Of a DNA stretch of 64,000 nucleotides, positions 25,240-38,603 are shown in pieces; position 1 is the first letter of the stretch, and the number at the start of each line of letters is the position of its first letter. A model generated the notes under the pieces. That model made no database searches. It saw only the letters and a list, made by a program, of their open reading frames with translations, and was not told the DNA's origin. Location of the stretch: NCBI RefSeq assembly GCF_964213995.1, contig NC_135815.1:1612001-1676000 (forward strand), in the 5' to 3' direction. This stretch comes from Mustelus asterias. Taxonomy: Eukaryota. Position numbers and translations under genes: made by a program.

Positions 25240-26720
25240 TCTTTGTCTCTTCATTGGACACAGGTGAGGTCGCTGAGCATTGGAGGATAGCGAATGTGGT
25301 CCCGTTGTTTAAGAAGGGTAGCAGGGATAACCTGGGTAATTATAGGCCAGTGAACCTGACGTCCGTGGTGGGGAAGTTGTTGGAAAGGATTCTTAGAGAC
25401 AGGATGTATGTGCATTTAGAATGGAACAATCTCATTAGTGACAGACAGCATGGTTTTGTAAGAGGGAGGTCGTGCCTTACAAATTTGGTGGAGTTTTTTG
25501 AGGAAGTGACAAAAACGGTTGACGAAGGAAGGGCCGTGGATGTCGTCTATATGGATTTCAGTAAGGCATTTGACAAAGTCCCACATGGCAGGTTGGTTAA
25601 GAAGGTTAAGGCTCATGGGATACAAGGAGAGGTGGCTAGATGGGTAGAAAACTGGCTTGGCCACAGGAGACAGAGGGTCGCAGTCGAAGGGTCTTTTTCC
25701 GGCTGGAGGTCTGTGACCAGTGGTGTTCCACAGGGCTCTGGAACTGGACCTCTGCTATTTGTGATATATATAAATGATTTGGAAGAAGGTGTAACTGGTG
25801 TTATCAGCAAGTTTGCGGATGACACGAAGATGGCTGGACTTGCGGATAGCAAAGAACATTGTCGGACAATACAGCAGGATATAGATAGGCTGGAAAATTG
25901 GGCGGAGAAATGGCAGATGGAATTTAATCCGGATAAATGCGAAGTGATGCATTTTGGAAGAAATAATGTAGGGAGGAGTTATACAATAAATGGCAGAGCC
26001 ATCAGGAGTATAGAAACACAGAGGGACCTAGGTGTGCAAGTCCACAAATCCTTGAAGGTGGCAACACAGGTGGAGAAGGTGGCGAAGAAGGCATATGGTA
26101 TGCTTGCCTTTATAGGACGGGGTATAGAGTATAAAAGCTGGAGTCTGATGATGCAGCTGTATAGAACGCTGGTTAGGCCACATTTGGAGTACTGCGTCCA
26201 GTTCTGGTCGCCGCACTACCAGAAGGACGTGGAGGCTTTAGAGAGAGTGCAGAGGAAGGTTTACCCAGATGTTGCCTGGTATGGAGGGTCTTAGCTATGA
26301 GGAGAGATTGGGTAAACTGGGGTTGTTCTCCCTGGAAAGATGGAGAATGAGGGGAGATCTAATAGAGGTGTACAAGATTATGAAGGGTATAGATAGGGTG
26401 AACAGTGGGAAGCTTTTTCCCAGGTCGGAGGTGACGATCATGAGGGATCACGGGCTCAAGGTGAGAGGGGCGAGGTATAACTCAGATATCAGAGGGATGT
26501 TTTTTACACAGAGGGTGGTGGGGGCCTGGAATACGCTGCCAAGTAGGGTGGTGGAGGCAGACACGCTGGCATCGTTTAAGACTTATCTGGATAGTTACAT
26601 GAGCAGTCTGGGAAAGGAGGGATACAAATGAATGGTCTAGTTGGACCAATGAGCGGCACAGGCTTGGAGGGCCGAAGGGCCTGTTTCCTGTGCTGTACTG
26701 TTCTTTGTTCTTTGTTCTTT
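25240..26720 (+). mobile_element. 5'-truncated CR1 LINE (mirror of 17900-19380)
   Basis: ORFs 25254..26294 and 26269..26631. Confidence 0.9.
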
Positions 26721-27017
26721 AACTAAACGCTCCGTCTGACTTGCCACCTTTAATGCTTTATTCACATATCCATCCCGATCCCTCGAGACCTGCATTCCTT
26801 TGAGATTTGCATCCCTGTTTTATATTGTCTCTCTACGCTCTTCCTGCCAAAGTGAATCAGTTCACATTTCTCCCCATTGAACTTCATCTGCCACATGTCC
26901 ACCCATTCTACCGAAGTTCAACACTGTCCTCCTCATTGTTCACAATGTTTCTGAGTTTTGTATCATCCGCAAACTTTGAAATTGCCCCCTGCACACCAGG
27001 ATGTAAATCATCAATAT

Positions 27018-27332
27018 TGATGCGCATCAATTGGACACGAGGCTCGAAGCTTCGGTAAAAGAAGGCTTTTATTAACTAACAATGGAACTATCAGAACTTT
27101 AACACACTATCCCAGACTGAAGGGGTCCCGTCCGAGCAGGGAGTCTTATATCTCTCCCAGGAGGAGGAGCCCGACTGGGATGTGCCACAACAGTAACAAA
27201 CACAGGTGTATCAATCCCACCCTAACCCAACAGCAACATTAGTACAATCCCACAGAACCTATATACATTCCTGTAGTACTGGCCAGCCCTGGCTCAGTAC
27301 TATCCAATGGGAACCAACGATGGTTCACCACA
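27018..27332 (-). mobile_element. Solo LTR, 315 bp
   Basis: TG...CA ends, 5-bp target-site duplication AATAT (27013-27017 and 27333-27337), TATA-like and AATAAA motifs on the minus strand, and an empty site in the other arm near 17605. Confidence 0.85.
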
Positions 27333-30300
27333 AATATATATCAGGAAAAGCAACGTTCCCAATATCAATCCCTGGGGAACTCCACTCCAACCTTCCTCCA
27401 GCCCAAAAAACATCCATTAACCATGACTCTCTGTTTCCAGTTACTCAGCCGATTCCGTATCCATTTGCCTCCATCCCTCTGAATTATAACTTTCCTCACA
27501 AGTCTGCTGTGTGACATCAGCTGCATTATCCTCGTCAAACTTCCCTCGTTCCCTCACCAGAAAGCTTCAGCGTGTTACTTACACATGATTCTCCCAAACA
27601 AAATCTGGCTTTCCTTAATTATCCGGTTTCTGTCTTGGTTTCCAGAAGTCTCCCCACTGTTGATGTTAAACTGTCACCATTGGGCTTCCCCTCAAAACGC
27701 TTTTTTGAACAAGGAAGGAACAGTTGCAATTCTCCAGTGCTCCAGGACAACCCTTAAGTTGAAAGAAGATGGGAAAGTTCTAGCGAGTACCTGTGACACT
27801 GGAAATAATAAGCAGCTGACATTTGGCAAAGGCAAAAGCTGGACTGCCGTGTCAGACAGGATGAGGGGAATGTGGTTCACGTGTGGATTTTCAAAAAGTA
27901 CTTGATGAATTTGAATCATAAAATTGAATTGTCAGTAAAATTAACCCCCACTCCCACCCCACCCTTCGTCCCATGGCGTGAGGCGGATGGGGGTCAGTTT
28001 GGGGATAAGCACTCACCAAGACTCCTTCGACAGCACCTACCAAACCCATGACATAAGAACATAAGAAATAGGAGCAGGAGTAGGCCATCTAGCCCCTCGA
28101 GCCTGCCCCGCCATTCAATAAGATCATGGCTGATCTGACGTGGATCAGTTCCACTTACCCGCCTGATCCCTCTACCCCTAATTCCCTTACCGATCAGGAA
28201 TCCATCTATCCGTGATTTAAACATATTCAACGAGGTAGCCTCCACCACTTCAGTGGGCAGAGAATTCCAGAGATTCACCACCCTCTGGGAGAAGAAGTTC
28301 CTCCTCAACTCTGTCCTAAACTGACCCCCCTTTATTTTGAGGCTGTGCCCTCTAGTTCTAGTTTCCTTTCTAAGTGGAAAGAATCTCTCCATCTCTACCC
28401 TATCCAGCCCCTTCATTATCTTATAGGTCTCTATAAGATCCCCCCTCAGCCTTCTAAATTTCAACGAATACAAACCCAATCTGCTCAGTCTCTCTTCATA
28501 ATCAACACCCCTCAACTCTGGTATCAATCTGGTGAACCTTCTCTGCACTCCCTCATGACCTCAGCAGAATAACAAGGGCAGCAGATACCTGGGAACGCCA
28601 CCACCTGGAAGGTGGTCCCCTCCAAAACACTCATCATCCTGACTTGGAAATATATCGCCGTTCCTTCACTTTCGCTGGGTCAAAATGCTGGAACTCCCTC
28701 TCTAACAGCACTGTGGGTGTGCCTACACCACATGGACTGGAGCGGTTCCAGAAGGCAGCTCACCACCACCTTCTCAAGGGCAATTAGCAATGGGCAATAA
28801 ATGCTGGCCTCGCCATATCCCACATTAGAATAAAATAAATAAATCACTTTGATTTGATTTGATTTATTATTGTCACATGTATTAACATACAGTGAAAAGC
28901 ATTGTTTCTTGCGCGCTACACAGACAAAACATACCATTCATAGAGAAGGAAACGAGAGAGTGCAGAATGTAGTATTATAGTCATAGCGAGGGTGTAGAAA
29001 GTAATTCCATTCAAAAGTCTGACAGTAGCAGGGAAGAAGCTGTTCTTGAGTTGGTTGGTATGTGACCTCACACTTTTGTATCCTTTACGCAACGGAATAA
29101 GGTGGAAGAGAGAATGTTCGGGGTGCGTGGGGTCCTTAATGATGCTGGCTGCTTTGCCGAGGCTGCGGGAAGTGTAGACAGAGTCAGTGGATGGGAGGCT
29201 GGTTTGCGTGATGGATTGGGCTACATTCATGACCTTTTGTAGTTTCTTGCTGTCTTGGGCAGAGCGGGAGCCCCATACCAAGCTGTGATACAACCAGAAA
29301 GAATGCTTTCTATGGTGCATCTGTAAAAGTTGGTGAGAGTCGTAGCTGACATGCTAAATTTCCTTCGTCTTCTGAGAAAGTAAAGACGTTGGTGGGCTTT
29401 CTTAAATATACTGTTGGCGTGGGGGGATGAAGCAGAGAGTTGCGGTGAGAGTTAGTTTTACGGACTGCAGGACAGTGAGCAGCAATGTCCCCTGGAGTCA
29501 GTATCAGGAATGTGGTTTTCTTTCTGATGTTTATTGCTGACCTGGATTTAGCACAGGACATAATTACAATGTTTGACACAAAAGGCAGATATGTAGCGAA
29601 GAGTGAGGAGGATAATAACCTCCGGGAGAGCGTACACATTCTAGTGAAATAGATACCTGACTGAGACAACAGCATGCTGAAAAATCTAATATTTGGTGAG
29701 AGACAATATGAACCCTCGGGGTGGGGGTGGGGGGTAGGATTCTAAAGGGGGCGCAGGAATAGAGGGGTCCTGGACATTTATATACACAAATCTTTAACAA
29801 TGGTAGGATAAGTTGAGAGATCCTAAACTCTGGGTTCACACCCATTCCTGGCGCTGATGTTGAGGAAGAATGTTGGGTCTTTGGACAGGATACAGAAGAG
29901 ATTTACCAGAATGGTACCAGGGTCGAGACACCTCAGTTACACGGAGGAACTGCAGAAACTGGACTTGTTTTCTTTAGATTAGAGAAGGTCAAGGATGAAT
30001 TAAACAGGTGTAGAAAGCGCTGAGGTGTTTTCATGGAATGTCGAGGGAGGGTTGGTATACTGTTATGAAGGGGCCGTGGGGGTGATTGAAGGGGGAACCA
30101 TGATCCCTCAGGAAGAACACTCTTCAGGACATTGGTCCAGACAAGGCCAGAGTGGAACTGGGACAGTCATTGGTAACAACATTCAGGAACCTCCCCTCGT
30201 GCACAGGGAGCCTATTAGCTGAATGGAAGCTTTCCCAGCTGAAGCTGAGGCTTTTTAATCTTGGCCACAAACTAATGAGCAATTCTATTTCCTCTATAAA

Positions 30301-33300
30301 TGATTTCAATACGGACAACATTCGCCCAGGAGTTCATGTGGAGCTGGTGCCCCCATTCACTGCCGGAAAATCAGGAAAATCCCACTCCTATCACCCTGGA
30401 GACCATAAACTAATTTTACACTCAACAGCTAATTAATGTCTAACAGGCACAGCCTCTGCACCTCTGAGGCAATGTCCCGCCTCCAAGACCTGTCAGACAA
30501 CCGGAGACTCTGCAGCTCTTCAGGCCCAGCAGTGCCACCGGAGGCAGTGGTCAGTGCTGGAACTGCAATTGATCCCAGACCAGCCATGACGGAGGCAGCC
30601 TGGAATGCTGGGAAGTGGGCTTTGGGTCAACCAGGTAGGTGGGGTATGGGGCGGACAATCACAAAGGCTAAGGGGGCAGGGGATGCTGGTAATGGGCGGG
30701 GGGAGTCTTCCATCTGGAGCAGCTATTGTCGCTGGGGGTGGAGTGGGGGGTAGGTATGCGGGGGTCGGGGCACGCCATAGGCCACTTGGCATCCAAACAG
30801 GAGGGCAACCTCCCCATTCTGATGCAGGGAGGTATCAGGTTGTACTGGGTGACCTCCCCAGGTGCAAAGTGCCCATCCTGCAGTTGGTAAAATACTACTG
30901 GCAGTGAATAAAGGCCATTAATTGGCCATTTAAGGGTCTTAATTTGTCTAAGAGGGGCTGGGGCAGCACTCCTGGGGAGAGGGGAGGGTAGCGATGGGCA
31001 CAGCACCCCCTGTATCCCACCCGATTTCACACCGTGCCCCCCTCGCTCACTCCCCAGCCTGGTTCTGGGAAGGGGAGATAGTTGGGGCATGGGGTGTGTT
31101 GGTCAGCTCCGAGTTCCAGCCTCTATCCGGATAGGACTGTTGCAAGACCTGTGTGTTCAGCTGGTTGTCCAATGGCCTCTCTTCAAGGACAGAGAACAGC
31201 AAGAACTGGGACAAAGATGTAACATTCTGGTAACTGCCTGTGCCAGAAACATCAACTGGAAGGACAGCTCCCACCCAAGGATGCACCTTCCAAAGAATGA
31301 TTATCAATGTGGAAACTGGAACGAGCTGAAACTGGGAGAGTCCAGATGCTCGATTCAGGACAGTTACCAAGGATTTTATTGCCAGTGTCAGCCTATTATT
31401 CAGATACTCATCCTGATAAACTCATTGACAGTTAACCCCGGGTAACTCTTGCTTTGGGAAGGGGTTAACTCACTTTCTGAGCTCAGATTCTCCTCTTTCT
31501 AATGACCTAACTCAAATTTTATAATTCCGTTCCCTTGCTCGGATTCTCCAATCAGAGGAATTCATTTGTCCGGATCCACTTTATCCACTCCCTTCATCAT
31601 ATTGAGAACCTTGATTAAATCACCACTCAGACGTTTCAACTCAAAGGAATAAAAATCAAGTTTGTGGCACTTATGCTGATAATGTGAATGCCTGAGCCTT
31701 GGTATTATTCCCAGATATCTCCTGTTCTCCCCATCTAAACTTGAGGCCAGAACATCCTTCCTAAGGGGCAATGCCCTCCTTTCAGTTGGAGTCTGATAAG
31801 CGGCCTGGAGAACTGGAGGGTGTGCGGGCTTCAGTTTAGGACAGCAGTGTCAGGTCTGGAGAAGGTTTTGCGGGGACGCTGGAGAAGAGCTTTTGATCCA
31901 ATCTGGTGAGCAGTCTGTCGTCTAGGAGCTGGCCAGTGATGTGGGAGATTATTTTGTAGATTCCTGAAATGCTCCGATTGTCTCCAATGTCTATTAAAAA
32001 CAATTAGAAATAAGGTGAGGGACAGTTACCGGCAACAACCTGATGTTTAAAAAGAAAGAAAAGCACTTGCATTTATTTTGTGTTCTTAATTTACTAAAAC
32101 AGTCCCAGGGTTGAGTAAAGATTTGACACTGAGCCACGTAAGCGGATATTGGGCCAGATTACCAAAGCTTTATTCAAAGACAGGACGAGTGTCGGAGTGT
32201 TCCTGGGGCCCAGGCAGCTGAAGGCACGGCCACCAAGAGTGGAGGAATTAAAACCGGGACGTGCAACAGGCCAGAATTAGAAGAGTGCAGAGATCTCAGA
32301 GGATTGGAGGAGATTCCTGAGATAGGGAGGGGTGGAATTGAAAGCTAGGGCCCGGATTCATCATTGCATTGCGGCCGTTTTCGGGTGGGAAAACTTGGTA
32401 AAGTCAGGCGTGAGGTGAGTAGCGCGATCCGTGCCAGCCTCCATGCCAATTCCCCCTTTAATAAGGCCCGAATGTGGCGGCGATCGGGACCGTGCCCAAA
32501 ATGGGCGCGATGGCCACTTGAATGCATTTGCATGTATTTAAATTGACTTAATGGGCTGCACGCCCAATCTGACCAGCACTTCCCCCTTTACCACCTGTAA
32601 TAACTCCACGGAGGTGAAAGTCCCGTCACCAAGTTACTTTTTTTACACCATACACCTGTACACAGCCAGCTCTCCAGTTGCTCCCTGCTGAATGCAGGCA
32701 GAGAGACTGACACACCTGCTTTAAATAGGGAGCATGAGGCAACTGATTTCACCATTAATTAGGACCCATTAGGGAGCTCTTTTCACACCAACCAAATAAA
32801 CTAACTCAAATTAACTCAGGGACAAATTAAAAGGGGCAGCTCCCCAAAAGGAGGGGAACAGCCTGAACCAAAAACAAAGTCGAAAGGAAATTTAAAACAT
32901 TAAATCAAGAGGTGATTATCAGGATTGATAATACACCCCAGCCCCTGTGGTGCCCAGCGGGCATGGAAGGCGTCAACTGCGCCCATGGACACCACATGCT
33001 CCCTCTCCAGGGACACCTGGCCGCGAATATAGCCACGGTAGAGGGGCAGACAGTCAGGATGGACGACCCCGCCGATTGCCCGCTGCCTGGACCTATTGAT
33101 AGCGCGTCCCACCAGGCCCAGGAGCAGGTTCATGAGGAGGTCGCCATCCCGACCCGCCCCTCTCCGCACCAGGTGCCCGTAGAACAGGAGCGTGGGACTG
33201 AAGTGCAAACAAAACATCAATAAAAGGTTTTTGAGGAAACAGAAAGGTTGTGCAGCCGATAACACGTAACGTAGACATGGTCCACAGACTCCACAAGGCC

Positions 33301-34221
33301 ACAGAAGGGGCAATCCTGAGAACCCGTGAACCGGAAAAACCGGTTTGGGCCAATGTGAAATTCCGTCCGAGCAGGGGAACGCTCGAACGGGATCCCACCG
33401 CACGCCTGCGCCGCCTCGAGACCGCGTGTGCACTCAGAGCCGAGCACGACTGTCCTACGGTCTTGGATGGCTTTAGCCGCGTGCCAGACGGCCACCCCCG
33501 CGCGCTCAGCCAGCACATGGGGGCTCCTCCGCCATCCAGCACGTCCCCGATCTTGGTCACCCTGGCGTCCACGGCCCTCCTCTCCGCCAGCCACCTGATG
33601 TTGTACAGCTGGAGGAGCAGATTCCTGAGCACGAGAGCCGCCACTCCTGACGCTGTGTTGCGAGGCGACCGCGTTCCAGACCGTGAGGAGGTCCTGGTAA
33701 AAGACGGGTAACTCCCGCAAGGAGGTCGGAAGGTGCCCCAGATTTATATGCAGCAGCTGCACATCGTAATTCAGGCCGTGCAACTGGCGGAAGAAATCCG
33801 TCGCCAGGGCACGCCATCGTGGAGGAGGCTCGAAGTAACGGGATTTCTGCAGGGTCTGGAGGCGGAAGGTCGCTACCTGTGTGCGGAGACACACCAGACC
33901 TTGTCCGCCCTCCTCAAGCGGGAGATGCAGAACCGCGGCAGGGACCCAGTGCAGTCGATTGTCCCAGAAGAACCGCACGAGGGTTTTCTGGATATTGGTG
34001 ACAAAGCCAGGGGGAGGGGTCAAAGTGACCAGCTGGTACCACAATATGGAGGCAAGCAGCTGGTTTATGACGAGAACTCGCGCCCTGTAGGACAGCACTC
34101 GGAGCAGTCCTGTCCAGCGACTCAGGCAGGCGGAGACTTTGGCCTCCAGCTCCCTCCAGTTCGCCGGCCAGGATTCCTCGACTGGACAGAGATGGGCACT
34201 CAAGTAGAGGAGATTGGTCCT

Positions 34222-35583
34222 AGAACCATAGAACCATAGAAAATTACAGCTCAGAAACAGGCGTTTTGGCCCTTCTTGTCTGTGCCGAACCATTTTTTGC
34301 CTAGTCCCACTGACCTGCACTTGGACCATATCCCTCCACACCCCTCTCATCCATGAACCCGTCCAAGTTTTTCTTAAATGTTAAAAGTGCATTTACCACT
34401 TTATCCGGCAGCTCATTCCACACTCCCACCACTCTCTGCGTGAAGAAGCCCCCCCTAATATTCCCTTTAAACTTTTCTCCTTTCACCCTTAACACATGCC
34501 CTCTGGTTTTTTTCTCCTCTAGCCTCAGCGGAAAAAGCCTGCTTGCATTCACTCTATCTATACCCATCAAAATCTTATACACCTCTATCAAATCTCCCCT
34601 CAATCTTCCAAGCTCCAGGGAATAAAGTCCCAACCTATTCAATCTCTCTCTGTAACTCAGCTTCTCAAGTCCCGGCAACATCCTTGTGAACCTTCTCTGC
34701 ACTCTCTCAACCTTATTTACATCCTTCCTGTAACTAGGTGACCAAACCTGGACACAATACTCCAAATTCGGCCTCACCAATGCCTTATATAACCTTACCA
34801 TAACACTCCAACTTTTATACTCGATACTCCGATTTATAAAGGCCAATGTACCAAAGGCACTCTTTACGACCCTATCCACCTGTAACGTCACTTTTAGGGA
34901 ATTCTGTACCTGTATTCCCAGATCCCTCTGTTCAACTACACTCTTCAGAGTCCTACCATTTACCCTGTACGTTCTACTTTGGTTTGTCCTTCCAATGTGC
35001 AATATCTCACACTTGTCTGCGTTAAATTCCATTTGCCATTTTTCAGCCCATTTTCCTAGTTGGTCCAAATCCCTCTGCAAGCTTTGAAAACCTTCCTCAC
35101 TGTCCACTACACCTCCAATCTTTGTATCATCAGCAAACTTGCTGATCCAATTTACCACATTATCATCCAGATCATTGATATAGATGACAAACAACGATGG
35201 ACCCAACACCGATCCCTGCGGCACACCACTAGTCACAGGCCTCCACTCAGAGAAGCAATCCTCCACAACCACTCTCTGGCTTCTTCCATTGAGCCAGTGT
35301 CTAATCCAATTTACTACCTCCCCATGTATACCGAGCAACTGAACCTTCCTAACTAACCTCCCATGAGGGACCTTGTCAAAGGCCTTGCTGAAATCCAGGT
35401 AGACAACATCCACCGCCTTCCCTTCATCCACTTTCCTGGTAACCTCCTCGAAAAACTCTAATAGATTGGTCAAACATGACCTACCACGCACAAAGCCATG
35501 TTGACTCTCCCTAATAAGTCCCTGTCTATCCAAATATTTGTAGATCCTATCCCTTATCACACCTTCCAATAACTTGCCCACCA
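34222..35583 (-). mobile_element. 5'-truncated CR1 inserted into Tx1 ORF2; 427-aa open frame
   Basis: ORF 34301..35584; the Tx1 frame FTWSR|TNLLYL resumes across the insert. Confidence 0.92.
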
Positions 35584-38500
35584 CCTGCTCCAGGTGAAAG
35601 GGCTAAGCTTCTCTGGAAGGGGGTCCGTCTCCCACGGACCGACCAGGAGTCCGGAGCACTTGGCCCAGTTGATCCTGGCGGAGGACGCGGCGGAGTACAC
35701 CGCCTGGCATTCTCGCATCCTCCGCAGGTCAGCCGGGTCCATGAACATGAGGAGCACGTCGTCGGCGTAAGCTGACAGGACCACCCCGACGTCCGGGCCG
35801 CGCAGAGCCAAACCTGACAACCTCCTCCGCAAGAGGCGCAGGAATGGCTCCACGCATATAGAATACAATTGGCCGGACAAGGGGCAGCCCTGCCGTACTC
35901 CTCTCCCAAAGCGAAGGGGCGCCGTCAGGGACCCGTTAACCTTAATTAGACACTCTGCGGCAGAGTACAGTAATCGGATCCGGGCAATGAAATGCGTCCC
36001 GAACCCGAATGCCCGCAGAGTTCCGAGTAAATACCCGTGCTCCACCCTGTCGAACGCCTTCTCCTGATCTGAAGACAAGAAGACGCCCGACAGACCAGCC
36101 GTCTGGGAATGGTGCATTAGGTATCGGACGAGATGGAGGTTGTCATGAATCGACCTGCCCGGGACCGTGTAGGACTGGTCAGGGTGGATCATGTGGTCCA
36201 GCACGGATCCAAGGCGTGAAGCCATAGCCCTGGCAGAGATTTTATAATCCGTGCTGAGGAGGGAGACCGGGCGCCAGCTCTTAAGAAGGTGGAGATCCCC
36301 CTTCTTTGGCAGCAGGGCAATGATTGCCCTGTGCCACGAAAGGGGCATCTCCCCGGTAGCTATGCTCTCCCCCAGGACCCCCGCGTAGTCGTTTCCCAGG
36401 ACGTCCCAGAGCGCCCTGAAGAACTCCACGGTCAGCCCGTCCAGCCCCGGGGCCTTGACCCGTTGGAGGCTGTTGAGGGCACCGGTCAGCTCGGCCAGGC
36501 TGATATTGGCCTCCAGCCGGCCGACGCCCTCCGGGCTGACCTGCAGCAGGTCCTCCCACAGAACTCTGTGGGCATCCTCGCTGGACGGATCCGGAGAGAA
36601 GAGGGAGGTGTAATAATCCCGGGCAATGGCCCGGATGCCCTCCGGATCCGAGACGGGGGAATCGTCGTCGGCCAGCAGCGTAAGGAGCTGCTGACGGTTA
36701 TCCCGCCCTTTTTCCAGTGAGTAGAAGAAGGGGGAGCCGCGGTCCAGGTCCACCTGGAACTGGAGCCGCGACCTCACGTACGCGCCGCGGGACCCGACCA
36801 GTTGCAGGTCCAGCAGCGCGCCCTTCTTCTCCCTGTACTCTAGCCGCAGGGCCGGGTCCGCTCGGGCTGACTGAGACGTGCCTCCAGGTCGAAAAGCTCC
36901 TTCTCCAACTCCTCGAGCCTGGATTTCCGCCTCCTCGTCGACCCCCTCACGTACCCCTGACAGAAGGTCCGGACGTGAGTCTTGCCCACGTCCCACCAGA
37001 GCCTCAAGGAGGGGAAGCCTCCCCGCTTCCTTCTCCAGCCGGCCCAGAATCGACGGAACGAGTCCAGGAAGCGCTCGTCCTCCAGCAGCGTGTTGTTGAA
37101 GTGCCAGTACGCGGACCCCCCCCCCCGGACGCGAGACGGAGCAAACTCCGCCCACACCAGGTGGTGGTCCATGCACGGCACCTGCCGTATGGAGGCCGAC
37201 GGCACGCCGGCTACTTGGGCCCTCGAAATGTAAAGGCGGTCGATTCTGGACGCTCTGTCTCCAGGCTTCACGTAAGTGAAAGTTCTGGAGCCAGGATGGA
37301 GATGTCTCCAGGCGTCCACCAAGTTGCAGGTCCTGAGCAGGTCCCGCAACTTCAACACCGCCGGAGTGCGCAGCCCGGGGCCGGCGCGGTCCCGTGTCTC
37401 GAGGGTGCAGTTGAAATCCCCCCCGAGGATGATGCATTCGCCCCCAGCGATGGTGTCGAGGTGAGCGGACACTTTCTCTCAGAAAGTCATTTGCTGCGGT
37501 CCGGCGGACGGTAATAGACATTCAGCAAGTGAATGACCACGCCCCCCTCATGGACCGTCAAGTGCAGCAACCGGCCTGGCACCGGCTCCTTGACCCCCCC
37601 ACGGCCTCCGGCTGAAAATGTGGGGCTAACAAGATAGCCACCCCGCTAGAAGCGAGCGTGAGGTGGCTCATGTAGACCCCACCCTTGCCACTCCAGGAGC
37701 CATCGGGGTTTGTCTCCCGGAATTGTACGGGTTTCTTGCAGGAAACACACCGTATACTTCCCGTCGCGGAGGACCAAGAATGTTTGGAACCTGCGGAGTG
37801 GCTCGCTGCTGCCATTGACGTTGAGGCTGGCTATAGTCACCTTCATGTCAGTAGCATTGTGCCACCGTCTCCACTTATCCAAGTGCGTGGGGGGGCGCTG
37901 GGCCAAGACGCGCCAGTCCACTCCCCCGTGAGCCCGTTGAGGAACTCCTGTACCCAACGGCGCTCTTTTCCAGCCAGACCCGATGCGGGCTGTGAGCAGG
38001 CCTGCGCGGATCGGACCAGCAACGCCAGGGCCGACCAACGGTCGAGGGCGAGCCGGACGCTGTCAGGGCGACCAGAGTGGTCTTTTAAGAAAGGCCCCGA
38101 GTTCCCCAGAGGGGATAAGGGCTGACTTGGAGGGGGGCACGAGGGAATCCCTCGCCTCGCTCCGGGCAGACTCCAAAAGTGGCCCCGTGCCCACCACCGA
38201 GCAGCTTACCTCCTCAAGGCAGTCGTCCTTCGACTCTGGGTCCCCCGCCGCAGGGCATACGGTGGGCGGCACGGAGCCGCCAACTAGTCCGAACTCACAC
38301 CCCGATCCCACCCCCAGGTGGAGGAGGGGTTGCCCCGGGCTCCTCCCTGGTTTGTGGGTCCGTGGACAGCGACGGCTCAGTACCCCCCTCTGCCCCAGAC
38401 GCCTGGGAACCCCACAGATCCAGAGAACTGTCCGGCCCGAGGTCAGGGGCGCCCAGCATCAGAGGTCGGGATAGAGAGGGGGGGGCCTTCCTCGCCACCG

Positions 38501-38603
38501 TCGCCCAAGGACCCAAACAGTGGGGTGCTGCCGCAGTCCCCCAGCAGGCTAAAAAGGAACTCCTCCGGGGTGCTGAAATGCACCGGGTGGAATGGTACAC
38601 GGG

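Larger units (their letters stand above)
23845..32455. repeat. Right arm of the inverted repeat (block C')
   Basis: As for block C; contains an extra 315-bp solo LTR. Confidence 0.95.

Noticed and set aside
27789-27860. TCR-J-like peptide TGNNKQLTFGKG preceded by acctgtg (mirror copy near 17090-17150)
   Set aside because: No nonamer at the 12-bp spacing, no GT donor after the segment, the frame breaks after FGKG, and it abuts an antisense CR1 remnant. Most likely chance.
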